DNA of 63,042 bases, counting the filler, from Sluysia triapertura (Eukaryota), in the NCBI GenBank assembly GCA_046118255.1. It is 5 parts of 5 records of this genome, joined end to end, with 100 filler letters (N's around TTAATTAATTAA, not from the genome) between each part and the next. Parts side by side here need not be neighbours in the genome. Positions count along the whole stretch, not along the records: positions 24,057 to 35,582 come from JBJNIA010183724.1; positions 35,683 to 46,904 come from JBJNIA010187191.1; 3 more parts are not named here. The stretch is one strand, 5' to 3'. This document shows positions 25,101 to 38,960 of the stretch, piece by piece. The notes beneath the pieces were generated by a model. It was not told the DNA's origin, made no database searches, and worked only from the letters and a program-made list of their open reading frames with translations. The position numbers and the translations under genes are program-made. The number at the start of each line of letters is the position of its first letter. Positions within the stretch are counted from its first letter, which is position 1.

Positions 25101-28100
25101 TTTAAAAAACATCAAACGAGTTAGAATATGCAGAAAGAAACACTGATGTAGATGTAATTAAAAAAACTCCAGTAAAAGAAAGAATTATCTGGAGCAATAA
25201 TTCTGTTAATATTATTAATATCATTTTGAAGAAAGAGTGGTTTTACTTGTGAAATAATACGAAATTGATAATTACTGACGAAGGTCTCAAGGATAAGGTG
25301 TAAATAAAAATTATTTGATAAAACAATGACCATTTTAATATTAAGCATGTAAACTTCGTATACTTGCTTTTGCTTTAAGAATACTTGACTAATTCATATA
25401 GATCATTAGATTATTTCAAAATTACCGAAGTGAAACTACTTAACAAACATATACAAGCTTTTTTATTTCGAAAAGAGAGGTAAATTACCTTCCAAACAAT
25501 CACTCAGAATAATTAGAATTCTTAAGCAATACTTTTACCAGGCTAGAGAATTGATATAGATTTTGTTGGTGCTTTTTTATATTATTGGTCAAGAATAAGA
25601 GTGAACTAAAATAATTGCAACGATGTTTACAAATAAGACCATTGTAAATATTAAATAAACAAATTATTTATTTTATTTATTTTGTCAAAAACTTTTAATA
25701 TTTATCTGTCACTAAGCATAATTTAATAAATTGAAATTTATACACTATATCTTCACGTCCATCATCAAAACTTACTTAATAGAATATGATACAACTAATT
25801 TATATATTAATGATAAATATTTTAAAGTTAAAATTAAATTTTAAATTATTTTTTGAATATTTTTAAATTTTAACTAAAAATAATAAAATAATAAAAAATA
25901 AAATTCATATTATAACATTAATCTTTTGTTTAATATTTACTACAATAAGTTTACTAAGTAAAACTTATTATATTCGAACATTAACAATATTTTAAACTTA
26001 CTTGAAACAGATTATCGATTGAATTAGTTCTTAAAAATATTTTATTTAGCTACTTTATATTTTAATCTCAAATCATTGTTTTACTTATTAAATTTACTTC
26101 TCTACATATTTGAATTATTAATACAGAATAAATGTGTTATGATTTCTTTGATTTCATGCATTTTTATATTTAATTAAATACTTCAGTTAAATATGTATTA
26201 AATAATTGTATCTCAAATTATTATACTATTTCAATATTGATTAAAATTTCCGAACAATGTAAACATGTAATCAAAATAATTATATTTTAACTGTCATAAA
26301 AATTATTTATTAATTAAACTTATATTCAGAAAATTATCTGACTGTAGTTATTTTAAATAGAAAATAATCGACTTTTAGGTTAAATTCATTAATTATTTAA
26401 AATACTATTTTGTAAGGAAATTATTTAAATAACATATTGTTTTTATTTTGTGTAAAATTACAATAAAATAGATGTCAGCTGTGAATTAATTTGTAAAACA
26501 TTAAAAGAAATTTGTAAATTATTAAAACACTGAGAACGGGATGCAGTATTCTTGTATATGTTTGAAAATATAAAATAAAAAGTGATAACGAGAGATATTA
26601 ACACCATTTATTATATTATACATAATGTTTATCATATGCATTTAAAAATATAATTTTTACTAATTAGACGATTCTTAAAATTTATTAAACTCTTGAATAT
26701 TTTATTAATATTTTAGAAATTTTTGTTTTATTTTTTTATTATAGTTTGACACAAGATTAAGTTAAAACAATAAACAAAATCCCTAACTAATTTAACATTA
26801 AAAATTTTAACACTAAACAAGTTGAACCTCTTTATATTAAACGAAATAAAAAACATATAGATAGAATACTTAAATTATACACATATGAATAGATAATATA
26901 TTCTGTTTTACTTTTATTCGTATCCATAATTTGAATTGCTTTTGCTTTCATTTAAAAAACACGTTTCGTGTGGTGTAATTGATGGATTGTTGGAATTGCT
27001 GAAGGAGCATTTATAAAAATGTTGATAATCGCTTTAGAAGTTTATATTTTAGTGGATAATAGGCATCAATTGGAAAGAGTATTTGAATAACAATATTTTT
27101 AAGCAATTATTGATTTTTTGTAACATGAATATATAATTAATATAAATTTTTATATTATACGTATTTCATTTTGTAATTTCAGGTTTTATTCTTCAAGTTA
27201 ATATCACTTGATGGTTTACTAATAGTTGGTAATTTATATAAACTTGGGTAAAGTTCTTGGTTGAGATATGTTTATAACCTTTTTGATTAATGGAGCTTCG
27301 TTTTCTTCAATATGGTAACTTTCCTTGCCCGAAATGAAAAACCTGAGTTTCGATCTGGTGAAATTGATCTAACTAATGCTCCAGTAAAATCTTCGACTTT
27401 TTCTGAAAGCTACTCAATAACTCTTTAACTTTGCTAACCATTAAAACTTTTATAAGCGGTAACTGTCTGATTTTCTTCTAACGGCATAAGCAATAAATGT
27501 GAAGAATCACAATCGCACGATTTGAGCATGGAATTAATTTAATGTTTATTAAAAAGATTAAGTAGTATTATAAACTTGGATACCATTTATGTTCATAAAT
27601 ATTATTGATTAGTTGCATAAATTATAATTGTGTTGTTTGATATTCGAATTTTGGATCAAATATTAAATACATGTGATAAAATATTAGTGTAATACTCCAA
27701 CAATCTAAAGATGGTAAGATTACAAAAATATAAATAATGTGTATACTTAGTACGATTGTAAAACAAACGTCATTCCACATAAATTTAACAAATTTGCAAT
27801 TGGAACTAGGTAGACATACAATATCTCTTTATATATTTTAGTTTAATTATTTATGTTTTGAAAGTACTTCTCGTTATAAAAATTCATAAAGTAACAAAAT
27901 ATAGAATGAAGACTCATACAGAAGTGCAAAGATGTTTACACAATTACCAATAGTAAAGTGATTTTAATAATAATAAAATTATAACGATAACAATTATGAT
28001 AATGAAATTTTATTTTATTTATTACGTAGTTTAATGTGATAATGTTGATAGAGTTACGATGATATGAACTAATAGAGAGTTATTATTGTGGTAGAAGTTA

Positions 28101-28798
28101 ATAAACATAATTAATGATAACTATATATACAATGACTGTGTTTTTTTGAATGAACAGAGTAATTTATTTAATGCTTTGTTTATGTAAGAAATTTTGTGCT
28201 TTTGATGTGAAAATGTAGAGTTCCCTACAACGATATTGTATAAAAATGCAAAAAAACATGAATTTCTGTCATTAGTCCTCAATGTGTTAATAAAGATGTT
28301 AATAAATTTGTGCATTTATTTGATTATTAAAAATATGAAATGATCAATGTAAAAAACAAATAAAATAATATACTTTGTAACACTGAAATACAATGCAAGA
28401 TTCCTCATAAAAATGTTAATCTTAAAGGTTGATATTTCTAAAAATGTAATAATATTAAATTAATAAAAACCTTTTTCAATTGCAAATATAAAATTTAATA
28501 TTTGACGATAGAATGTAATTATTAGTAGTGTATTAGCAAAATTTGATACAAAAATTTGCTTTTCTCTATATACAGAACATTTTATACTTCATTTGATAGT
28601 TTAAGAGAACTGCTTAATTTAATGTGTTTTTAATTTTATAGTTATAATTTTTTATACATCTATGAAAATAAAGTTTTGAATTATATAAAAATGTAGTCTC
28701 AACAATAAACAGAATAACATTAATAAATATAACATAAATTAAGCAATACTTTTATAACGTAATAAAAGTATAACGTAACTTTTTACAATAACTAAGTA

Positions 28799-29938
28799 CA
28801 GTCTCTTCCTCATAAGAAAGGATTAAGTTAGTGTATAAGTAGGATTTTAAAGATTATCCACTGTAACACTGAAAATACTAGGTAATGTATCATTTTCGAA
28901 AAATAAAAAATATCGTAACTGTTTCATACAATTTCAGTAGCAATTTTTTCTTTTAGAAGTGAAATATTTCTCAGTCATTTCTGGGTCATCATTGATGTTA
29001 AAAATGAGCCATGAAACAAATAATATTCAGAAGTAGCAAGATGTGGACAGTAATTTGAATTGGAAATAATCAATCAAAATAATATGATACTACTTCTATT
29101 TTATTCACTTTGTGACGCTCAACATTATCCCGTTGAAATGAAACTTGATTTCTGTTGATTAATACTGGATAGAAATAAATCATAGTAGCTTCAACTCTTT
29201 TTCTCCAATTACATTATAAAGCAGAAATTTTGAAATAATTTAAACTATACCTTCAAAATTGCATGAAACTTTAATATATCGTGCTTTTCAAATTTACCGT
29301 CAAGTTAATAAATTTCATCTTTACTTAATACTTCTTCTTCTTCATTTTCCTTGTTACGACAATGCATTAATGTTTCGTCACTAGTAACAGTCATTTTTAA
29401 AAATATTATAACAGTTAAATATTTTTTGTCTTTGATTTTTATACAAATCCCTTGGTATTTCTTTAAGACACTTATTAGTCTTTCTTAGCAATTTCAAATA
29501 CTGAAATATATCTAATCGCGAAATTTGAATCTTATATGATATTTTTAAAACACATTGAACTGAATTTATGGCAGTAGATGTCCATTGATATTTAAGTGAG
29601 ATACTTAGTCAATCAGATTTATTTTTGTCTCTAAGCTCTAAATCTTATATAGTGAACCTTCTACATTACTGTTGCATCTCGTATAGTGATAATGTCGGAA
29701 CTCTTTATGTTGCATAACATATCCCTGAATAACACCAAAAACAATTTGACTACCGTTATTTTTTTCAATAGATTTTAAAAAATTCAATTAAAGTAAATAA
29801 ACAATTGAAGCATTAAAACAAATTATAAAACGCCATCTTTAAAAGGATTTAGTATCTTTGATAATTAGTTGAATATTTCTTTTTTTTATTGCAATTTAAA
29901 TATTTTATTACAAAAATGCGTATTACTTATGGGACCAG
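28799..29938 (-). mobile_element. Degenerate near-full-length mariner (DD34D) element
   Basis: TA-flanked imperfect TIRs. Minus-strand remnants of all three catalytic motifs: TVTSDETLMH (IVTGDETW), FQRDNVERH (DNARPH) and YCPHLATSEYYLF (YSPDLAPSDYYLF). Confidence 0.8.
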
Positions 29939-30972
29939 TAACAACATAAAGTCTTAATTTTTTTCTGTAACCCATTGACAAAGTCATTGAAACAATATTG
30001 TATTTTAATAATGATTGGTATATTTAACAAACTTGATTTTCTAATCTGACATTCATCTAACTAAAAAAAAACATAAAAAAATTTAAAATTGCATTAGTAA
30101 AAACATTTCTATAAAGCAAAATTCTTCATTTTGTTTGAAGTTTTATGCAATATTTGCGTTTTTCAATAAAAACATTTCCAATTTAGAATCCAAGAAAATG
30201 GATAATCGATATGAATAAATACTAATTTGATGATATAACATCTGAAATATAGGATGGATGCTGTAATTATCATTTATGTAACTTTTGTTTGGTTTTGTAC
30301 CGTTGTATTTCAGAAATAAACGTCAAGAATGAAAAGCATCATGATTGCAAGATTTTTAAAACTATTTTTTCATTCAGTCGGAATTTGTGTTTCTAGTGTA
30401 CCATCGTCTCATAGTTCACCAAACACTAATCAATAAAGAAAACCCATTTTTAAAATCCACTTGAAAAATCTTTTAAATAGTGAATTTTCTAATGAAGTTT
30501 TTCACATTTCAATTCTGAGATTTATTTTTGAGAATTTGTTAAATAATGAGATATTCCTTTAAGTATATTTACTTGATATAACTGACTCACATCTGCTAAT
30601 CATAAAAACTTAAGATTAGTAGTTAATAGCATAATAATTTTGAGGATTTATTTTTATGGAACTCTGTAATGATGTATCTGTAAAGCTTATATCTCCATTG
30701 TTAAATGGTTGATACCCATTTTTGATCCTTAAATTGTCATATTTCTTTTGTATTTATGGTTTGGACTAGAAGTTTTCTTCAATAATAATTCGGTATGACA
30801 AAAACTTCATTATTTAATCCTGACATTTAAATAAATTGATTAAAAATTTTGAATTTTAGAATTTAACAATAATATAAATATTTAAACATATCTCTATATT
30901 TATTTTATACTTATGACTCACGATAATGTTGTTTTATTATACATGTAAATACAATAAGGTTTTCATTTTTAG

Positions 30973-31280
30973 ATCTAATTCAAAGTGGTTATAACATGCA
31001 AACAAAACGAGCAAGTTTTAAGGATGACGGTGTTTTGCAGCAAATAATAATAGACACAATTTGTGTAGCTGAAGCAAATAAAAAAAGTCCCAAAGAAAGT
31101 ATTAGTAGTACAACTGATGCTGATTATGGAAATAATGAAAGTTTTGATGCAAATTTGGAATTTCCATCATTAAAAAAATTAACTATTGGAGAAAATAATA
31201 AAGGTGAAGCTGATTACTTAGTTGACGATTATTTAGTAGATAGTAATAATGAAGTTTTAGTTGCTGATGTGTTAGTACAA
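30973..31280 (+). CDS. Orphan internal exon, unknown acidic low-complexity protein
   Basis: Polypyrimidine-AG acceptor (tttcatttttag), 102 stop-free codons in very AT-rich DNA, and a CAA|GTAAG donor. No partner exons identified. Confidence 0.4.
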
Positions 31281-31329
31281 GTAAGAGCATTTTATATAAT
31301 TCTTTAATAAAAAATTTAAGAAAATTTAA

Positions 31330-31375
31330 CACGTTGACGGACAAGATGACTAAAGCAGTCACCTTAAATTCTGAT
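31330..31375 (+). mobile_element. piggyBac-type terminus
   Basis: TTAA|CACGTTGACGG start with a short palindrome (TGACT-AAAGC-AGTCA). Confidence 0.4.
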
Positions 31376-34300
31376 ATGGTGACCATGTCCGACGACGTGT
31401 TACTACTTCAGTGACTTTGTAATATATTGACACATTCGTGTTACTTAATTCTTCAAAGAAGATAAATTATAGCATATCACAATTTCAAATTCATAAATTT
31501 TTATTAAAATTTTATTCTAAACAATAATTAAATTAATATAATTATATAATAATTAAAATAGAATAATAAAATTTCAGTGTATAAATGAATGTTAAAACGA
31601 TTTTCTGTTTTTCTAACTTATTTTGATGTAATTATTAAAGTGGGTCAGCTTAAACAGTTTTTAGTAAAAATTTAAACAATAAAATCATTATCAATGTATG
31701 AAATACCACGAAATAGTACTTATACGATTTACAAAAATGATTTTTCAATATGTTTATGTACAAGGTTTATGCTTCAACTACTGATTATGTTTAGGTAGTT
31801 AACAGAGCTACATAAAGCATTTCTTAAACATAGCTTTATTTTTGGCTATTTTTGTAGCTTAATTTTTTAAATTTTAATCCCCGAATCATTAAAACAAATA
31901 AATAATACATTCTATATATAAATTAAAACAAAAACAAAGTATAAAATGATGATAATTTACAAGTTACGAATAAAATGCTAAGTTTTCATAGTTATTTGTA
32001 ACACAAAGTTATACTGCGTTAATATGCACTATGTATTTGACTTAAGACTTACTTATAAATCTATTTTTATACTCAAATAAGCATTAAATTTAAATATTTA
32101 AAATTATCTAAAATATTATAAAAAAAGAGTTCATTTCGTCTTTAAAATTTAAAAAAATATAAATTTCTAGAAAGAAATAATGGCCTGTGGGACCAGAAGT
32201 ATGTTTCAGTAGTTGCATTATTATTATTATTCCTATTATCATTATTATTATAGTTTTTTAGACGTCTGAAAATAAACGTGAAATCATTTTTTAAATTTTA
32301 AAATGTAAAAAAATAAAAAATGAAGCATAACAATTAATTAAGCATAATATTGTTATTCTTACATCTCGTTCTTGTTGAAAAGACTCTTTTATTCTTTAGA
32401 TAAACACATTTCACATTCTATTCAGTTTTTTATGAAATTTTACATACTTTCAAAAAAGCTGAATTAGTACTTCTTTAGTTTTGAAAAATTTATCAAAGTT
32501 TGTTGTGCAACGCTTATACATTTTCTAAATTGATGTAACATGAGATGTAACATCATAATAAAAAAACTCCTAATAAAAATATAAAGTAGAAAAAATTAGA
32601 AATATAAAATTTAATAACAATTCTTTTTTATTGATTTCATTTAAATTTGCATAATTTTTAAAAAAGATTGAACTAATACTGCTAATGTGTTTGATAGTAT
32701 TATTATTGTATTTTATTACTTGATTAAGCAAATTATAGTAAAGTGTAAAATAAAGATTGACTGCAGCAAATCATCAGAATTACTCGAATATTATAGTGTC
32801 AAAATATAATTTTTGTAGTTTATTATGGGTTCTTAAATTTATATTAAAATTGTAAATAAATTTTAAATTATTAAAGTATGAAATAAAATTATTATAAAAT
32901 TCTGATTTAAATGTTAAAAGATTGTTACATTTTATTTTCTTAATTCAAATATTATGGTAACTTTATTAGGTTATTTTTAAAGACAAAATAATTAAAGTAA
33001 AATCTAAGACATACATTATACATAAAATTGATCCAATTGATAAACATTGTTTTATTAAAGAAGAATTATGTAATAATAAATGTTGATTCATCATTGAACA
33101 TGTCCAATCCATACACTAGGAAGATTCGTAAACACATATGAACAAAATAAAAAGTAAGAATGATCATCATCAAAATGTAATAATAAATACAAAAAATAAT
33201 AATAATATGCCTTCACATACATTTTCTTAGTAAGTACTTGGCATAAAACAGTGATGTACGGACATATATTTGAATTAATTAGATGTTGATCGTCGGTATT
33301 TGAAGAAGTCACTGTTTACTGAAGAAGCTTGCGGTATATATTGATTCATGAATACTGCTTATGACATTTGTTGCAATTACATATATAGATTGATCGAGAA
33401 GAATTAATGATAAGATTTCATCTGATACACTGTCAATATCTGATATTAGAGAATCTGACAAAGTTGAATACGCATATACTAATTTTGATTCACTATTCAT
33501 AGTCAAAGATTCTTTTAGAAATATTATTAGGCCAATAATGATATTGTAGTTTGCTGTATTAACTTCAGTTTTAGTGTTAATACCTAGTTCTTCATCTACA
33601 TCATGTCTGCCATTATTTGTCCAAACTAATAAGATATCTTTTAACTAAGATATCTTTTATTGCATTGATTCTTAGAAAAATATCTAAATCTTTTTGTAAT
33701 TCAGTCAAAGCAAATAAACAATTCTTTAAATCATAAGGAAGGGCTTCATATCTACTACTAGATAATTCATTAACTGTATTTAGCATATTATTCGTTTTTT
33801 AACATCGATTGAATATATGACTTTGAATTAAAACGATCTTTTGAAAATGTTCGCGACTAAAACATTGATCAATTTGGTTAATAGAATTTTACACTAAATT
33901 TATTAAAATATTCTATATATAAAATCGTTTGATAGAAAAAGAGCAAGTTGGTAATATTTATTTTTTGTAAAATTTTTGATTCTGTAAATTGTGAATAGTC
34001 AAATTGAGTTTTTATTAAGACAGAATAAATTGTTCTTTTAATGGTAATTGTAACTTTTGATTTAAATTGGGATTTGCTGGCCATCTGAAACCAATTAAAA
34101 TTGTAAATTATAAACTAAATTGTAAACAACTTCAATGGCCAATAAAAGTTGCCATGAGAAACCATAATGTAAATTTTTGATATGAAAAACTGTCAATGTT
34201 TGACAGTATGAACTGAAAATTAAAAACAANNNNNNNNNNNNNNNNNNNNNNNNNNNNNNNNNNNNNNNNNNNNNNNNNNNNNNNNNNNNNNNNNNNNNNN

Positions 34301-35502
34301 NNNNNNNNNNNNNNNNNNNNNNNNNNNNNNNNNNNNNNNNNNNNNNNNNNNNNNNNNNNNNTATGTTCTTTCTCTTTAAATTTATTGTAAAATTCTGTAC
34401 AAAATAATCTCTTTAAAATATAAATTGTTAACATAAAAATTTTATTTCATAAACGTAAAATAAAATGTCACTTTGGTGATAAAAAAGCAGAGTAAATATA
34501 AAGTGAAGATTGTGAAAGAATATCAAAGAGTGTAGTAAGAAAGTTAAAGGTGTTAAACGAAATTTATTACTATAATTAAATTTAAATTACGAATTTAATG
34601 ATTTTTGATGTTATGAAGTTTGACTTTTAATGTATTGAGATGTAATAAAATTTTATGTGAAGAAGTTGGCCACCACAATGATACAGTCTTTCATTTAGCA
34701 AAATATTATCCAGTTTATAATTAGTTAAGAAATGAATTAACGTGTTAAGAGTATAAGAAGAAATAAAGATTGCTAAGGTGCTTAGTAATTGTTATCATGT
34801 TCTTCTATTTTTATTAGTTTGATTTTACTAATTTATGAACATAAATAATTTTCAAAAACTTAAGTTTAACTTTAGTAAACTTTAAATTAAATAAGAAATG
34901 TGTTACTGACATCAAGCACTTCTGATACCAAATATTTTTTTTCCAAAAAACAAATAAAACAGTCTAATATTAATTTATTAACAATAAAATTTTAAAATAA
35001 TAGAAACTAACAAAAGTTCATTCTTCAAATTTGACGTTTTTTATTTGTTTATTATCGTAATTTAGTTTCATTGTAGTTTGAATATTATCAGTTGATTGTT
35101 TAAGAACAACTTGGACTTTAGTTGTTATGATAATGGCTAATTCATGAAAATAGTGTATATTCAGAACAACAATCACATACTAAATTGTCTGTATCAGCTG
35201 AAGTACTATTTACATATTCCTTTAGTGAAATCTTAACAATTTACTCCATAAAATATCATAAATGAATCAGATAAAATACAATTTATTTAACACAGATAAT
35301 CTTTTGGAATTGGTCTTCAAAAATAGATTCAAACTTGTAATCGTGTATAGATTCTAAAAATAAATTAATTTACAATTTGGCCTTTTTAAAAAGTAAAACT
35401 AATTTCTAACTTAAAGCATTCGTTACGTCTATTATATTATGAAAATAGGAAGTTTTCAAACTATTGTCAGAGCCAGACCAGAAAACCAAATATGATATCG
35501 AA

Positions 35503-35503
<1 letters not shown>

Positions 35504-35552
<49 letters not shown>
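35504..35552. repeat. (AAT)n microsatellite
   Basis: Directly visible. Confidence 0.95.
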
Positions 35553-35553
<1 letters not shown>

Positions 35554-35682
35554 CATTAATTAATAATAATCTTTATAGTTATNNNNNNNNNNNNNNNNNN
35601 NNNNNNNNNNNNNNNNNNNNNNNNNNTTAATTAATTAANNNNNNNNNNNNNNNNNNNNNNNNNNNNNNNNNNNNNNNNNNNN

Positions 35683-36378
35683 GGTAGAATTAAATTAACG
35701 CATGCATCTTATGTCTTTTGTCTTTTCTCACAAGATCTTTTTCTCTTAAATCTTTTTAGACTTTCTAACATATAATTGAAGAAAAATGGAGATGAAATTA
35801 AAAGCTATATAGTGTTTGTTAGAACTTGTTGGAAAGGTGTATGGTTGAAAATAGGATCTATGGATTAGGTTTGAACTATTGGTTGAAAGATTGAAGTTAA
35901 TTTGGTTTTATAAAGATTATTGCGAAATAATTTTATGTGTTATGATTAAGGGTGATGAGTATGTTTGTGTAAGGTGGATTTTGAATGTTAGTATTGCTTG
36001 TTGTTTTAGGTGTGATGGTCTTTGTTTCTGAAATTGTTGTAAGTATGATTTGAATATTGTTGTCTCCGTGGTTTATGAAATTTGTGTTGTGGTTCTGATT
36101 TATTTGACAAAGTGTTTGATGAATGGATGTTATGAATTGTTTGGAGTGAATGTGGTGATTTATTAGTTGTGAATGTTTGAGAAAGTATTTAATGAGTGCG
36201 TGCCTTGAGTTGTTGAAATGAATGTGAGGGTTTAATGAGTTGAGAATGTTAAGATATGGATTAATTTATTGTTATATGTAGTTTGTGAAGTGTGAGTTGG
36301 AAGGGTGTTATGGTTGTGTATGTTGTTTTATGTGATGAGTTTTATTTTATTTTTTAAATTAAGGGGTTGGCCACTACA
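35683..36378 (-). mobile_element. LTR-like element of the TGTAGTGGCCAACCCC family (truncated by gap)
   Basis: The reverse complement of 36304-36378 matches 62968-63042 at 73/75 nt. The body is strongly G/T-skewed. Confidence 0.75.
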
Positions 36379-38781
36379 TGTATAATTACTAATTGTATTA
36401 ATTGCATAATTTTTGAGTAATAATTAGCATTCACATTATTTAAATTTAAATTTTTTGGAAGTAATATTTCGTATAATCTATTAACAATTGCATTAAATAA
36501 TTAATTTTAACTTAGTTGATTAGTATAATTTTTATTGTATTATTTAACATATTTATTTGATAAATTTAAATTGTATTATTGTTTACCAAATATATAAACA
36601 CTTAAATTATTATATTACGTTAAAGAAATCATCATTAAATTAATAGTGAGACTTAGATCATTAATTTTTTCTCGTAATATTCAATTTAAATTATAAATTC
36701 ATTAAAAAATTCTGACTGACTATCTATAATAAACGCAACATTATTTTACATTATAATAGCTAATCAAAGATTATTTTAGATAAATAAAAAAGTAATTATA
36801 ATCTCGCTAAAAATTAGCAGAAATCGAATTCAAAATTTATTTGACCTCCTAAAAGCTTCAAATAATCTTTTACGCTGACATATATGTATCGGCTCTTAAG
36901 TGTGTAAGCCCAGCATCATAGAGGACTCACATAAACTCATAAGTAAACATTAAACACTATAAATTAAATATTAACTCTTTATACAAATTCTTACAATACA
37001 CAAAACCTCGTTTGGAACACATCAAAATATACTGCCATACACCATGATATTGCACTACATCAATTCCAGTATGTCTATTACTAAACACTAACTTTTAGAA
37101 TAGTAAATTTATAGAATTTTTAAATAATTTTTAAACAATTCTTTTCACATAATAACACTATTAAACTTCCACCTTAATAAAACATTATAACTCAAGATTG
37201 TCACTATTATTACTATTATTATTATTATAGTTATTACCACTGAAACTACTAGTCCTACAACCAGTTCAAAGGTTACCGAGATTCAATGTTAAATTTGAAA
37301 CAAAATGTTTAGTATAACTGTAAATATTTAAAGAGAAAGTCTTCCAAAAACAAAATTAATTTACTTAAAAATAATAAAATAAAAAATTAAAATGAATTCA
37401 CTATTTTACCAAGTACATGAATCTTCACAGCAGCAGCATAAAAATCTTGTTGTTGTGTGTGTTTAAAATTTTTAGGTAGTCTTTTTTATACATTCTCATT
37501 ATCCAATGATTCCTGAAATTTTTGATCAAACATTCTTTGAGAATTAATATGACAGTAATACTTTTGACAGTTACATGGTTTTAACTGTCAAACTTTATTA
37601 GATACAAAACACAAAAAATTGCTTTATGACTATCATTTATTTTCCTTTACTCTACTCAATCTACTTTTACTTAAATTATTTCTCACATCAAAATAACAAT
37701 CATTATTATTGCTAGCATACCTAAAAACAATGAATTTAATTTTAGTTTTTAGAATTCAATTGATTTTCGGTTTGTCACCAAATTTTTTAATGAAAAATGT
37801 TTTAGGTCCTTATTTCTAGATTCTCCTCTTTCATAGCAATCATATAATATTTAATTAAATCTATATTCATCATTTTAAGTATTAAAATTTCACATTCCAT
37901 AATTAGAAATTAATTAAAATTTGACTTTGCCCAGTAATAAGGCTTTCCTAGCATGTACCCGGTCAAGTCATATCTTCATCGAAACGTCTTTTCAAAACAA
38001 ATACTTACGCAGTTTCAAATTTAACAGGACATTCCGCATACAAACATTATTCACAAAAGCGTATTTTTTCTTAATTAAGATTTAGACTTTATGCTTAAAA
38101 GTTTTATTAAAGTTCTAAAAGTGTTTAGTATTTCATAAGGTTCTCAGGAGGTTCTAGATCCTTTCATCTTCACTGATTCCTTTTTCTTTAATATTTTAGA
38201 GATTTCGACTACTTTATAATGTTACCCAAAGGTCTTAAACGCTTATAGAGGTCTCAAGAATTTCAGGGAAGGTTTTCCAAGTCCATCTCAAGCTTTCAAA
38301 ATATCTCAATACCTTATATAGGTCTTTGGCTGTCAACATCGCTATAAATGTTTTAAGCTTTATAATTTTTATTGCAACATTGTTTGTAATGTTCAATCCA
38401 TCACTTTGTATCAGTTGTCACTTCATTTTATAGTTCCATATTTCATACTTAGTAACTATAATATTTTAAACAAATACTAATATCGCATTTATTTACGTAT
38501 GATTTTAGTACTTAAAATACTTAAATTTGTAGTCAAAATAGGTTACATGGATCTTCATACTAAATGAATTTTATTATGCGATATCAAAATGACTTTCAGT
38601 TTTAATTAAATTAAAATGTACTTTAGAAAATATCGATCCCTTTATTTTCAAGTTTCGATACCCTTATTTTCACTTTATCCTCTGACGATCCCATTAGAAA
38701 ATACAAAATACAATAATTATGCAATGGAAAATAAGACCTATGCTTATGATATGATTAATTTTGTAGAATTACTTTATTAAA

Positions 38782-38960
38782 TTGGGTTAGGCAAGAATTA
38801 ACTGCAGTTTGTTTTAAAATATTTTAGAATAGATGGCGATTTAAATTGTCGTCAAATTGATGATTCACACAATTCAAACACGGAATGCATGAAGCAGTGT
38901 ATTCTGATAATTCTGATTGGTACCGCGCCTCATCAGTATAGTCTATTACAAAATATAACA
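38782..38960 (+). mobile_element. Mariner 5' end fragment
   Basis: TTGGGTTAGGCAAGAATTAACTGCAG resembles mariner TIRs. No ORF retained. Confidence 0.4.

Noticed and set aside
34132-34434. 100-aa ORF
   Set aside because: Spans an N gap; artefact.
38682-38705. CTGACGA...GAAA hammerhead-like words (also about 58693-58716)
   Set aside because: No convincing stem II or stems I/III.
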